A stretch of 64,000 bases of DNA. It comes from Yuukianura sp. NJ FZ-2021 (lineage: Eukaryota). Below, piece after piece: positions 35,701 through 64,000 of the stretch (within the stretch, counting starts at the first letter, position 1; every line of letters starts with the position of its first letter). The notes beneath the pieces are model-generated. The model was not told where the DNA came from. It did no database searches and saw only the letters and a list, made by a program, of their open reading frames with translations. The stretch covers positions 1,984,001 through 2,048,000 of the forward strand of contig CM102290.1 of assembly GCA_046563655.1 (NCBI GenBank). The letters run 5' to 3'. The position numbers were made by a program, and so were the translations under genes.

Positions 35701-38700
35701 TGCAATTAAAAACTAACGTTGTCGTCACTTCATTGAGATTATTTGGCAATTTTGGGTGTGGCTGTTGGAGCGCTTTCTAAGAAAGTTTCGTTTTTTTGTT
35801 GAGTTTTTAGAAGAATCATTTATTCAGTTCCGAAAAAACGATCTCATTCTAAATAACTTGTGTCAGAGGGATTGACTTTTCAAAGAAAATTCCTACAATT
35901 TTAAAATGAAAAGGCAAATTAGTCAAAGTTGAAAAGTTTCTCTTCAAAATGCTTTCGAAAAAAAATATAAATTAAGAACTGAGAAATGTTTTCCAAGAAA
36001 TGGCGTTGGTTTCTTATTCTTTGGCAAACCACTTTGGCTCTTGAAGTTGAAATATTTTTTTGGTTCTTGGAAAACATGTGTTTCCCTTTGACATTTGACC
36101 ATTTAGACATAGTACAAGGAGTAGCACTTTTAGACTTGTCAAAATATAATTTTCTAACACCTCTTAAGCTGTCTCAATTTTTGCTTTCAAGCATTTTTTT
36201 AAAATTTAAAATTTCAAAAAGTGATAAACTACATACGACTGCCGTGAAATCAAAAAATCGGAAAGCTTAAAATGTCCGTGGAATTAACCTTCCACTTTCA
36301 CCTGCTCAAAGTTTCTTCAACGTCTAATTTTTTTTTTCAAAAACAGCCTTTTTCAAAAACAACTTTTTAAAAGAAATTTCCATCAGTAAAAAATTTCCAA
36401 AATTATGTGTTTTTTTAGTTAAGTCTATAGTAACCTATAATATTTTTCACTTTATAAAACAAGAAAAACGCGATTCTGATTTTCGGCGTTAAGTTTTGCA
36501 ATTTCTTAAACACAAGAGAAATTACATATCGGTTTTCGAAATTCAACTTTCACGTGTTAGTTTAACTTTTAGGTTAGGAAAAATTTGATGTTGAAAGCTT
36601 AGCAAGGTCATTGACCTCTGAGCATTTCTTGTCTCACGTCACCCCAAGAACCAATAAACGCGTATTTCTGGCGTCTTTAACATGTAGTACAAAACAACAA
36701 AAATTCATTGTATAAAGTTCCATGTACTTTCTACGCCGTGTCTCTCCAATGTCATGGAAAGCTTCTATTATTACTTTCTCTCTACGTTCAAAATGTCCCG
36801 CTTTTTTTCTTCCTTTTGTCTGTGTTGGTGGAAATAGAAAAGCCAATGTCTTGTGAACCAAATTTTATGATGCCTTTTAGTTGATTTGGAAAAGAAAGTC
36901 TTTCTTGTTGGTGTTCTCAAAGTGACTTCCATAAAAAAGAGTCCAAGTCCTTGGAAAAAGAAGAAAGGATTGGTTGAAATTGGATTTTGGTTTATTGGCA
37001 GGAGGGAGTGCATGGTGATGTCTATGTGTTCCTATGAAATTAAGTATGAAATAGGAGGGTTCCTGTCTTCTTCTAAAGACTTCCGAGATCATCTCCATGT
37101 CCTTGTCTCAACCCATTTAAACTCTGACTTCTTCCACTTTTTTTTTGAAAGTTGGCGGCTTTTGGCAGCGCCGGAGACAAAAAAAAAGTTGGCTGCTGGT
37201 ACTGGTAGGGATTCGATTCTTGTTGCAAAAGATCTTCGTTCTCAACGGAGCGTGACTTTTCTTCTTAAAAGATTTTCTTCTTCTGCAGAGTTAGAGCATT
37301 TGACTTGACAGGATTTTTTGAATTCTTGTTACAATAAATATTGGGGCTTTGCGTTTTCCTTCCCTCTCTTTTTTTAAATCAAATTCGATGATCCACAATT
37401 GTGATTCATCATGGTTCAAATGCTTTTGGATCCCTGAAGGAACATTGAGGCAAAGCAAACTGTTCTGTATGGAATATTTGATTGTAGTTGAAGTACCATT
37501 TTCCAAACACTTCTTTTCAAAAACAAAGAAAGTTTAAATGATATATGACCTGGACGATCCAGCATCAGCATCAGCATCCAAAATCCTGTTGGAAGATGTG
37601 ATCTCCCTTCTTCTTTTTCTTCGTCTGTCTTCTATTGACTCTCATCCTCTTGAGCCAGATCCTAATTTATGGACTCCCACCCCAACTAAACCACAAAATT
37701 GTCTTCTTTTTTTTCGTTCTACTGTGCGAATCATACACAAATCTAGTCTTACTTTTTTCTTTCAAAAGTAAGCACAATTTTTTATATACACACCCTAAAT
37801 CCTGATTTCATCCCACGATCAACTCCATTTTATTTGGATTGTGTATCTGTGGTCTCAGAAAAAAATTCAGTAAAGTCAGACATGAATCTTTAAAAAAATG
37901 ATTAAAGAAAATTTTTGTAGTGGTTGCAAATTTTTTTGCTTCTCCGCCGACATAAAAAGTTGGGAAAAAAAATTTTTTTTACTCCTTAACATGCAGATTT
38001 TGCCAAAATTTAAGCGTGAGAAGTTTTGTTTTCTTTTTCAAGTCACTTTATTTCTCACTCTTTCAGATTTTTTCGTTTCGTCAAACTGAAATTGTCTTTT
38101 AGTTTGAGATGAAATGCAGAGAAACGTAAAAAAGAAAAGTAGAAAAACGGTTGATATTTTTTTCTCTCTCAGAAGTGGCAGGATTTCTTTAAAAAACGAT
38201 TTAGTTTTGTTGTTTTAGTTTAAAAATTGATTGAATTTGAAGTGATATCGGTAACTGTTTGTTGTTGGAGAATTATTGTGGATTTTGTTTTAGAATTGGT
38301 GGTGGCGGGAAAAAAAGTTTGTGGGCTAGGAAAGTAAGTCTGAAAAGCGTCGTTTTGAAAATGTTTATTTCCGTAATGCAACCTTGATGGAAATGTTTAT
38401 TTTATGGAAGAGGAGGGTAATTGTTTCCTTTCATCTTCGAAATTGGAACTGTTCTCCAAGTGGAACAAACACTTACGAAAAATTGGAACCACTTCCACTT
38501 CATTCATTTCCAAATACTTTTTGTTCAAAATTGAAACTTCTTTTAGAATTTGGGTTTCTTGTAACTAATGAAATTTTAGCCAAATTAGGATTTCTTTTGG
38601 TTCAAAATGAAACTGAGACGGCAAGTTTAGAAACGTTTTTGGAATCGAGTTGTTTTCCAAGCGTGCTGCAACTGATTTCCTTTGAGTGACGGTACATAAA

Positions 38701-40087
38701 AGCCTTATTGTGTAACTTCCGAACCGAAAACTGAACTTCTACATTGCCCTGTGTTTCTTGTGTCAACTTAGGGAGCAAGGAAACTGCTTTCATCTACGCC
38801 GTGACGAGTGCTGGCGTCGTGCATGCTATTACGCAAGCATGCAGTTCTGGAAGCCTCAACGAATGTTCCTGCGACTTGAGCAAACAAGGTCGAACCACAC
38901 CGGAAGGCTGGAAATGGGGTGGTTGTAGGTACGTTGTTCCAGTGACGAATCAATTCGGGGTAAAATTTTAGGAAATTTTGAAAATGTTTTAAATTTGATT
39001 TCAGCGACAATTTGAAATTTGGAACCCAATTTGCACGCCGATTTGTAGATGCTCCGGATAAGGCGAAGCAAGACGACTCCAAAAGTGTTAGGAGCTTAAT
39101 GAACCTTCATAATAATGAAGCTGGTAGACAGGTGAGTAGTAGTTACGCTAGATTTGGAGAAAATATTGGCATATTTGGCAATATTTTTGGTATATTTTGA
39201 AAATATTTTGGCATCCTTAGGCAATAGCTCACTTGATGAAAACGCAATGTCGATGTCACGGTGTGTCTGGATCATGTGAACTCAAAACTTGTTGGAAAAA
39301 TATTCCAGGATTCAATTCCGTTGGAGACTACTTGAAAAATAAATATCAAAAATCAGTTCAAGTAAACACACTAACTTTTAAACCAATAAATTTTAACCTG
39401 TAACTTTAATTTTCAAAAAATTTGAATTTTTCTTTTGTTAGATTGCACTCAAATCTCAAAAAAGGCTTCGTCGAAAAAGTGGTCGAAAATTTTCAGTGGG
39501 AAAAGGAGACTTGGTCCATCTTCGTAAATCTCCAGACTACTGTGAGCATGACCCTGACAAAGGGATCCTGGGTACTTCAGGGCGCGTGTGTAACAAGACA
39601 TCTGAAGGGCCTGATCGTTGTAGCATCCTTTGTTGTGGCAGAGGCTTCAACACTAAGGTAAAGCACCAAATTTAAAAAATGGAAATTTCAAAAAAGGGTG
39701 TCAGTTTTATGCCAAATTTTTATGCCACTGTGAATTTCAAATTTGTGAATCAGCGCTTACAAACGTGTTTCATTTCGTTAACGATGATATTGATGCATGG
39801 GATTTTGGTTTTGACGGGTTGAAGGAGAGTAGTGGAATGGAAGTGTTCCGGAAGAGCGGATACTTTGAATGAATTTAAAAAAAGTTTCAAACAATATCTG
39901 AAGCGTCTTGTTTTAATGATTCAAAAACATGTTCATAAAATTTTCAACTTTTTAAAACTATTTCGTTTGAAAACTTTTTTTTCAGGTCGTGAAACGAATA
40001 GCCCAATGCTCTTGTCGGTTCATCTGGTGCTGTTACGTACAGTGCAAACCCTGTATCACGCGAACGGACATCCATACCTGCAAATGA
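26765..40087 (+). CDS. WNT16: Wnt16 (~378 aa)
   Basis: Exons 26765-26850 (signal peptide, ...ASWL), 29291-29598, 38772-38928, 39005-39131, 39221-39361, 39442-39657 and 39986-40087 are in frame. [28 protein letters not shown] and terminal DIHTCK are Wnt16-subfamily features. Confidence 0.88.
28299..28558. mobile_element. MITE family A, copy 2
   Basis: Same termini and interior as 11058-11310; flanks ctccaaat / ctccaact (8-bp TSD, 1 mismatch). Confidence 0.8.
29634..29855. mobile_element. MITE family A, copy 3 (opposite orientation, internally deleted)
   Basis: caaggttccttgac...caacaaaccttg; interior is the reverse complement of copies 1 and 2; TSD degenerate. Confidence 0.75.
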
Positions 40088-40931
40088 GTCAAAACTTCCG
40101 AACCATTATAAGCCCCACCCAAAGTTAACAACTCGCCCCACCCGAACGTGTCCCACCTTCACAAGGGGTAAAAATAGTCAAAATCCAAAGCTTTTTCACC
40201 ACTTTGGAAACCGTCGTCGCCGTTTTTTTTCAAATTCCAGGAGAAACAAAAAACTGGAATGAAAAGAAAAAGTTTTACACAAAAATCAAAAATCTAAATG
40301 GTTGTGCATATTTAGGTTTAGAATTGTTATACGAAGTCTCCCTCCCCCTCAAAATGAATGTAATGAAGGGAGATGCTGCGTCCTCTTTTTGACGCATCCC
40401 CCGCTCTCTCCCTACGAATCCCTTCATTAGAAGTGTCGTCACGTTCTAAAAGAAGCCAAAGTTTTTGTAATATCCCTTCAACATTCGCATCCCTAACTGC
40501 TTTTTCTGTAATTTTGCAATAACCATTCCCTGCGACGATTCTCTCTGTAATAAATGATTGTCAACAAAAATTGTAAAAAAGAACGAAAGTTGCAAAGGAC
40601 GCCCACTTAATTCCACTTGACACAAGAGCCTAAGTAGGTGCGGCTACGTACTAATAACCCACACAAAATTAACATTTCCAAAAAACAAGATTTTACGAAA
40701 TGAAAAGTGGATTTTAATTTTTAACAAGTTACAAACTTTTTCTCTAAAAAATTTCTAGCTTTTGAAAGCTAAATTTGTATGTTTCTATGAAATTGGCAGT
40801 GTTTGTAGGGAGAGCGAATAAGTCCGCTTGTATCGTATACTTAAGAAAAATTTTTCACACCTTGACGAGGCACGAGGTGTGAAATTAATGAAGTTTCAAA
40901 TTGCTAATTGCTTTTAGTTAATTGGCTTGAC

Positions 40932-57109
<16,178 letters not shown>

Positions 57110-57927
57110 TTCTTAGCTGGAAAACGCTCAGCACACAATACAATTAAAAATCTAAATTCTAAAAACTTCAGTCATTCTGGATGAGGAATCAAAAAATTCT
57201 AGAAAAAGTTTTAAACCAAGCAGAGCTAGTAGTTCTAGTGATTTAAAACAAAGTTTTCAAAATTTGGAAACACAAAAGTTAATTGAAGAACATTCCACTT
57301 AAGAATCGCTGAGGCGTGAATGATGGTTTCTGAAGCGTCAGTTATTGACGCTGCTCAGTGTAGACTGATCGTTGATTCGCAATGGGAATGAACTCTGGAA
57401 AGTGTCGGAAGTAAGCGTCTCCCAGATGCCCTCAGCCCAAAGGTCATCGACTATACGGCTGGGCCAAGGGGAAATATGAATCTAATTCCTAAAACATGGG
57501 AACTGGAGTTAAGTTGCAGAAGAGGGAGCGAGATTAGCAACAACCAAAATTAGATGGACAAAGTGTCTTGTCCAGTGTGAGACGCTTATCTTGGCACTTT
57601 GTAAAAGAAGCCAGTTTAAGTGATCCACATTCCCTTACGCCTAGTCTTATTTAGAGTTTCTTTCATTCAAAGACGTTCAATCAACCCAAACAGTGTCCTT
57701 ACTCCTAAGTACTTTACCAGCAAATTAGGAGAAATGGGAAAGGGTTTGTGCAATTCTAATCACAATCATTCTTCAGTTATGTTCACGGACCTCCCATCAT
57801 CTTGGACAAGCCATAACCAGAGATGTTGAACTGAAATTACAAGTTTATTTAAATATGCAGCATTTAAATACAGCCAAAAAAGAGTAAAAGATATTAAAGA
57901 TATTGATAAAAAATACTAATCAGTTGT

Positions 57928-58580
57928 TTAGTGACCGCGACCACCACCGCCACGACCAGGAGGGCCTTGCCCCATCCAGCTCCCACCTCCGCGGCCTCCC
58001 CCTCTTCCAGGTCCAAGTCCACCCCTACCTCCTCTTCCACGCACTACAAAAACAAAAGGAGACGATGAATTACATACACAATTACATTACACAAGTCATT
58101 GTTTACATTTATCAGTGACTACTAAAGTAAATGCATCGTTTGTAGAATATGAGTTGTACGACTCTCATACTCTGAAACTGTCTTTATCTGTAGTAATCAT
58201 AATAAGTTGTAGTAATCGTAATAAGTTGACCCAATTTCCTTACTTGCTCCTCTCATCAAGGCCACTTTTCCACGAGCTCCAGCCATGACCCCTCCAGCCG
58301 CCATTCCACCACCCGTTTTACCTCCTCTCTTGAACATTGGAGCATTTTTGAGCATGTCCGGTAATATCAATAGTCGGATTTTACTTCCCCGAATGAAAAC
58401 TAAGTCCAAGTCGTTCTTCCGGCCGTCACGGTACGTCACATGAACGTTTGCAATTTGACAGTTCATGTTATCTTCAGCCTCAACCAATTTTCCTCGGAAT
58501 GTTTCTCCATTTATCGTTTCACATGTGATGATGTGTCCTTCAGCCTCATGCAAAACTTTTATCGGTACTCCAATGGACAT
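57928..58580 (-). CDS. SNRPD3: Small nuclear ribonucleoprotein Sm D3 (150 aa)
   Basis: Exons 58580-58244 ([16 protein letters not shown]...EAEDNMNCQ...[21 protein letters not shown]) and 58043-57928 (RG-rich tail); probable 5'UTR intron at ~58584-58650. Confidence 0.97.
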
Positions 58581-60401
58581 GTTCTACAAAAACAAAGAAT
58601 ATACTTATACTGATTCATCTTGCACAGTGTAAATATGTAATTGAGCTTACCTGAGTTGATAATTAATCAAACGTTGATCCAAAAATTGCTTACAAAATCA
58701 AGATTTCGGTAATCGAAAAACGAAAAGTAGGCAACAAAAGCGGAGCTTCGATTTGATTGTTTTAGGCGCCGTGTGGTGGGTTTGACTAAAAATTCTAAAT
58801 ACCCACAAATGTCACCTTATGCGAAGATGGGCATTTGGTTACATATTTTTACTTTTAGTAAAAAAAATTACTTTTAGCCTGAGTAACTTCCTTCCAACAG
58901 CATTGACATTCCCACAAGATTTTCATCGAATCCTGATTTGCAAAAACGTTTACTATTTGTCCAGAGGCAGGTCGCCCCCTCCCCCCTCCTAACTTTCTGG
59001 AAGGTTCCACTATATCGAAGATCATAGCCAGTAACAGTCTCCATTGCTTTCCATATAGCAGTCACTGCTTAGAAGCAGAAGACGTTCACTGGCTTTCTCG
59101 AACCTTCGAGAAGGTTCAAGTTGTGATGTCGTCGGCCGCCATCTTGGAATCCCGCAGTGATTCTCAGAACCCCGGCCTGGGTAGACGTACTCCAAGTTTC
59201 TCGTGGAAAAACTGCAAAAGTTTCTCTTTCTTTGTGCAACAATGTGCAAATTTCGACTTTGCAGAACAATTTGTGAGTGAGTGGCCAGTATCAGTGGACA
59301 AGGCCGACGTGTGACATGGACATATTCATGGTGGACAAACTGTCAAGTTCAAGTGCCCTCACTGTGACCTGGATGTTTACGAAGACTTCAAAACCCGACG
59401 TCGGTAAGTTGCCAATTTTTTTTATTTTAGCTTCTCCTTTCCTATCGCAATCTTTGACTTCATCTTTCTGCGAAGTCAATCTCTGCTTGACCAACCTCCA
59501 ATGGACAAGGAAGGATGACCTGGGACACCGTAGTACTCACTATGACAAACTGCAGTGGTCAAGGACCAGGACTGTCATGTATTGGCGATGCCTGTCAAAA
59601 GAGGACCCACCCGGCGTCTGTAAGTTTTTAACAAATTTTGGTTTCATTTCATGTCATTTAATTTTGATCTCAGCTTTTTTTTTCCTATCGCAAGCTTTGA
59701 CTTCAAGTTGAAGCGTTCAACTTTTTGCGAAGTCTTAAACCGCAAAAATTATGACAGTTTTTCATGTTTTTTAAATGTTGTTAGTTAAACTAACTTGAAG
59801 TCAATGGACTTATGCTGTCTGCTGTGTAAAAAAAAAAACAGGCTACTACTCCTCTCACACCCCCACCTTTCGGTTGAGGTAAACATTTCCTCGTAATTTC
59901 AAATTCACAATCAGCTGGTGTAGGTCTCGTCATCTTGTCGTCCGTCCAAGTTAATTAACACTAGGATACTCAATTACTTCGTTTAACCACATTCGGTATC
60001 TAACGTTACATTTTCGTCTCTGAAGGTTAGGTTAAATAATGGCTGTTCAGTACTTTAGTTATATTCATCGACAAGTTCTTTTTTAAGAAATAACGGTACG
60101 GTGTTACGGTACTTCACTTGGACGCGAAGGGTGCCCAAATCGTAAACGAAGTGTAAAACAAAACAGGTACGTTTTTTATGCCTGCTCTTACGTCGATTCG
60201 GTAAAAGTTGGTTTGTTTTAGTATTGGATCATTAGTCTAAAATAGAAATTAGAATGATTTTCTGTTATATGCAGACAGATTTGGTGTATGAAGTTGGATT
60301 TTCAAGAGCCTACTACAAACAACTACAGCACAGTTTTAACAAGGAGCAATACATACAACTGACTGAGGACCTTTTCATATTCTACTGATATTGCTGACAA
60401 G

Positions 60402-62732
60402 ATGACACCGAACCCTATTTTTAAGTATTTTGCTGCAATCGTTTTTGTGACGATTATAGGGAGTTTTGGAATCACAGCAACTGATGCTGCTGAGGTTAGT
60501 CGCATGGCAATAGTTCATTGGATAAAGTGCATCCAAAAAAGGAGGTTGTGAATCTTGGGAGTAATAGCTAATGTATATTGTTAGAAAACATCTTATGCTC
60601 ACGGCTTGATGAATGTACTGGAGAAGGGCGCAAGTGAACCGGTTCCAATTTGCATGGTGTATCCAAATGAACTCTACCCACTCAGCACTGTTCCTGAAGT
60701 AACTAACTGTTTATTCAATTTTAACTGGTTTAACTGATGATCGACGTTGTCCATGCTTTAGAAAAAGTATAACCTCAGTTACGAGAAAGAAATTGACTTA
60801 TGTGACACGGGTTTAACGAAGGAAGACTTTACGCCGAAGAAGGAGGGTTCCTTAATTTTACTTTCTGTCTCAACAAATTGCTCAATTTCTCATTACTATG
60901 AGTTGATCCGTGTAAGTATCGCTAAGGTTTCGTAAAATATTAGGTCACATGGCTATACTTGTAAGTATTTTAGGAGGGAAATGCTGCCGGAGTAATTCTC
61001 TTATCCAACTATACTGCCTCTTTGAATCAGACGTATGGCTGGGAAGTGTTTTCTATTGTCAGAGCAGACAACATCGATTTTTTGGTAGATATTCTATAAC
61101 ACATAGTATTGAATATAATTGTACTCAACCCTGTTCTAAAGTTCAACTTTGATACTGTTCAAAATCAGAACGTAGTGCAGCCACAGGATGACATTCTGAT
61201 CGAAGTAATGCAAATAACATTTCTACGCTGGGATCCATCGTTACTCGTTTTGTGGTTCATGGCCGTTGTTTGCGTTGGAATCGGAAGTTACACCGGACCT
61301 TATTGTATTCGCAGGTAACTTGTGGCTATTGACATTGTACTTTCTGAAAGTAAGTTTTTCAGTAGCTTTTGTTTATTGACAGTGTCACTTCTGGAGTGGA
61401 TCATGATCAGGAAACACTTGGACAGCCAAAGGAACATCCAAATGACGCTAAAGTTTACGACGGCATTACAATCCCGGTTGCAATTGGTCTCGTTGTTTTT
61501 ATCTCCACGACGCTTCTACTGCTGTACTTCTTTTATCAGTATTTGGGTATGAAAAAATTTCAAAGTTAATCACCTCAGGGCACCGATATCTAAACCATTA
61601 TTTTAACAGTTTACTTCTTCATCTTCGTGTTCTGCCTGGCGTCTTGTCGAGCAATGTATCTACTCCTTGTTCAACTCATCAATTTCTGCACTCCAGAAAT
61701 CAGTTATCCAAAGTATGCTTAAATGAGACTGGCGCTGATTTCGTGCGTTTAACATAAGGTCAGACCCAAGTTATGATTTTTTAATTGTAGGATTTGGAAA
61801 TTTGGAATCCACGAGATACTTGTCTTAATCGTTTCAATCACACTGCCAGTAGTTTGGTTTTGGTTTCGCCATGACGGATGGGTTTGGCCAATTCAAGATA
61901 TACTCGGTATCTGCTTCTGGTAAAAAACAAGTTTTCAAAATATTTGGTCCTTGTCTTTTGTCTGACAGAAGTAATTGAATTTGTTTCTGGTTTGAAGTAT
62001 TCACCTCATTCAGACACTTCATCTTCCCAACATGAAAGTCATCACGAGTATTTTAGTACTTTTGTTTATCTATGACGTCTTCTTTGTGTTTATTACGCCG
62101 TACTTTACGACCGTAAGAACCTAATATTATGACACATCTAAGTTGTCTATTCTAAAGATTTACTCCAATGTATTTGTCAGAACGGGAAAAGTGTCATGGT
62201 GGAAGTTGCTACGGGGGTGAGTGGGTCTGGTTCCAAGGAACAGTTGCCAATGCTTCTTCAATTTCCACGTCTACTCTACTCCCCTGGACACGCCTGCGTC
62301 GGAGGTCGTGAATATTCGCTACTTGGATACGGAGATATAATTGTACCAGGATTTCTCGTTTGTTTTGCTCATGTATTTGACCTTCAAAGGCGAAAAGATG
62401 GAGGGAGCAGACCATATTTCATCACGTCTCTAATTGGTACTACATTTGAAATTTAAATTCCCGCCTTTCTGTGACTCCTATCCGATTGTTCCTAAAATAT
62501 TAGACACTGTTAAATTGACTCCATTAATTTTGTTGTAGCCTATGCGATTGGGTTGGCCGGAGCCTTTGTTGCTCTCGTTCTGTCTAGCACTGGGCAACCA
62601 GCTCTGTTCTACATCGTTCCCTGCATTCTCCTAGGGATTTTCGGGCTGGGGCTAATCAAGAAAGAAGTGAAAGCGCTGTGGCGAGGAGGGATACTTATCG
62701 AGCCCTTAGCTCTAGAACAGGAGTCTGCTTAG
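60402..62732 (+). CDS. SPPL2: Signal peptide peptidase-like 2 (GxGD intramembrane aspartyl protease)
   Basis: Eleven in-frame exons: 60402-60494, 60585-60698, 60762-60911, 60974-61084, 61169-61314, 61383-61546, 61610-61712, 61791-61919, 61998-62112, 62181-62436, 62539-62732. Signal peptide and luminal domain, then LFIYDVFFVFITP, LLGYGDIIVPG and GQPALFYIVP. Confidence 0.92.
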
Positions 62733-63390
62733 ACCCTGATCACAGCCTGGCAGCCTTAAGGACACAAGGACTTACTATATACTAGTTGTTTACTTTTCAT
62801 CGGCCGGTTAAATCAAGCAAAATTTGGAATACTTTATCATAACTCAACTGACTGTTTAATTTATACATAGCTTAGTTTGAATATTGTCTAGCTGTGTGAT
62901 TGACTCATTGGAAAGGATCAGGAAGACAAATGGAGGCTGGCGGATATAAGGCTGAATTTGCCCCTTTAAACTTCAGGGAGTCGAAGAAATAATTTGTTAT
63001 AGTCAATTTAAAACGTAGTTCCCTCGAAAAAGAAATTGCAGTGCTCAATATCTTTCCGCGTGAAGTGCATTTTCCTGCTCTTAGTAATTAGTTTACTTTC
63101 TCCACCTCCTTCGTTATAAAACGTAAAAATTTAACTTTTTGAAATAGAGCAACAATAATTGTTTGGTTAGTAGTTGTTAGTGTCACGGTGGTAGTCTTTA
63201 ATTAAATCCAATAATAATGAACCTATAGTTCTCCTTAGTCAAAACTAAACCAACATCAAAGAAAAGGATTTTTGGAATTGAATGGGGAAAGGTATAGAAT
63301 TAGAAGACGAGAACAAGGAAAGTGCAATTATAGATTTCGGCCTTTTGCCTCTTCACCAAAGCTCGGCACTTTGCAATCTTCGAGGCTCTC

Positions 63391-63905
63391 CAAGGTGTTT
63401 TGATAACAGAAAACTCGTTCTTTAACAGGTTAGGCAATAAGGCAATTTAAAAAAAAATCGATAAAAAATAAAGTTTAGAACAACAGTTTCACTCGTCAGA
63501 TTTTTTGAATTTTCTTACGAATTTTGATCTTTTGGAAATTTTTTTTTATATTCCATAACAAGAAAGAATGAAGTTGAGTGAATTCATTTTCGAAATTTTT
63601 TCTCACAAAATGCAGAAGTGGAGTTATTGCCCCACCTGTTAAAGAAAAAGTATTTCCTTGTTTATCAACCTTGAGCCTCTCTTTGCAATCCGCGATCTCC
63701 GCTCGCAAACGGGTGCGGAGCAAAAGTGGCGACCTATGTCTTCTATGTATGTACATATTAAGTTTACTTGTATTCGTAGACCAAGGTTTCTCTTTTACGG
63801 AAGAGAACAGGATTAAGGGAGCAGTCGTCCAGGGTCCATTGTGTCTCTTACATAAGAACCAATTACGACCTACAAAACTTCGATACTGATATCAAAGGAA
63901 CCTTG
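63391..63905. mobile_element. Longer, diverged relative of MITE family A
   Basis: Left end caaggtgttttgat...ttctttaacaggttaggcaata; right end tcaaaggaaccttg; no convincing TSD. Confidence 0.45.
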
Positions 63906-64000
63906 ATCTCATTCTTCGTCTTTTAAGTTTCCAGAGAGGAGTAGTCCATGGCCTACCATGACTCAGAGAGTGCTGGACGAATTGTGGAAGAGGGCGAAGG

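Noticed and set aside
32400..37540. Nested gene in Wnt16 intron 2 (ORFs at 32447, 33305, 36886 etc.)
   Set aside because: The ORFs are short or K/F-biased and I could not build a spliced model.

Overview
AT-rich, intron-containing animal genomic DNA, most likely a non-insect arthropod such as a mite. This is inferred from the short introns, an intact Wnt16 and an arthropod-type fibrillar collagen; the species cannot be fixed from sequence alone. Ten spliced genes were reconstructed by hand, in order: 3' part of MTMR3/4 (+), two divergently transcribed orphan putatively secreted proteins (-/+), Tbx1/org-1 (+), a secreted GH16 beta-1,3-glucanase (-), UBE2G1 (+), Wnt16 (+), a 34-exon clade-A-type fibrillar collagen (-), SmD3 (-) and SPPL2 (+). 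The central collagen introns (44.4-54.6 kb) are packed with non-autonomous DNA transposons. The most striking is a 4.1-kb nested element: TA-flanked outer TIRs, a TTAA-flanked insert, and an inner inverted-repeat unit enclosing about 20 copies of a 131-bp satellite. Other oddities are two GC-AG introns and a single Gly->Ala break at helix residue 598 in the collagen, three perfect IR1 (ecdysone-receptor-type) palindromes, and 3'UTR hairpins. No prokaryotic-type system (CRISPR etc.), rRNA or intact tRNA was seen. No searches were run, so gene identities rest on motif recognition.
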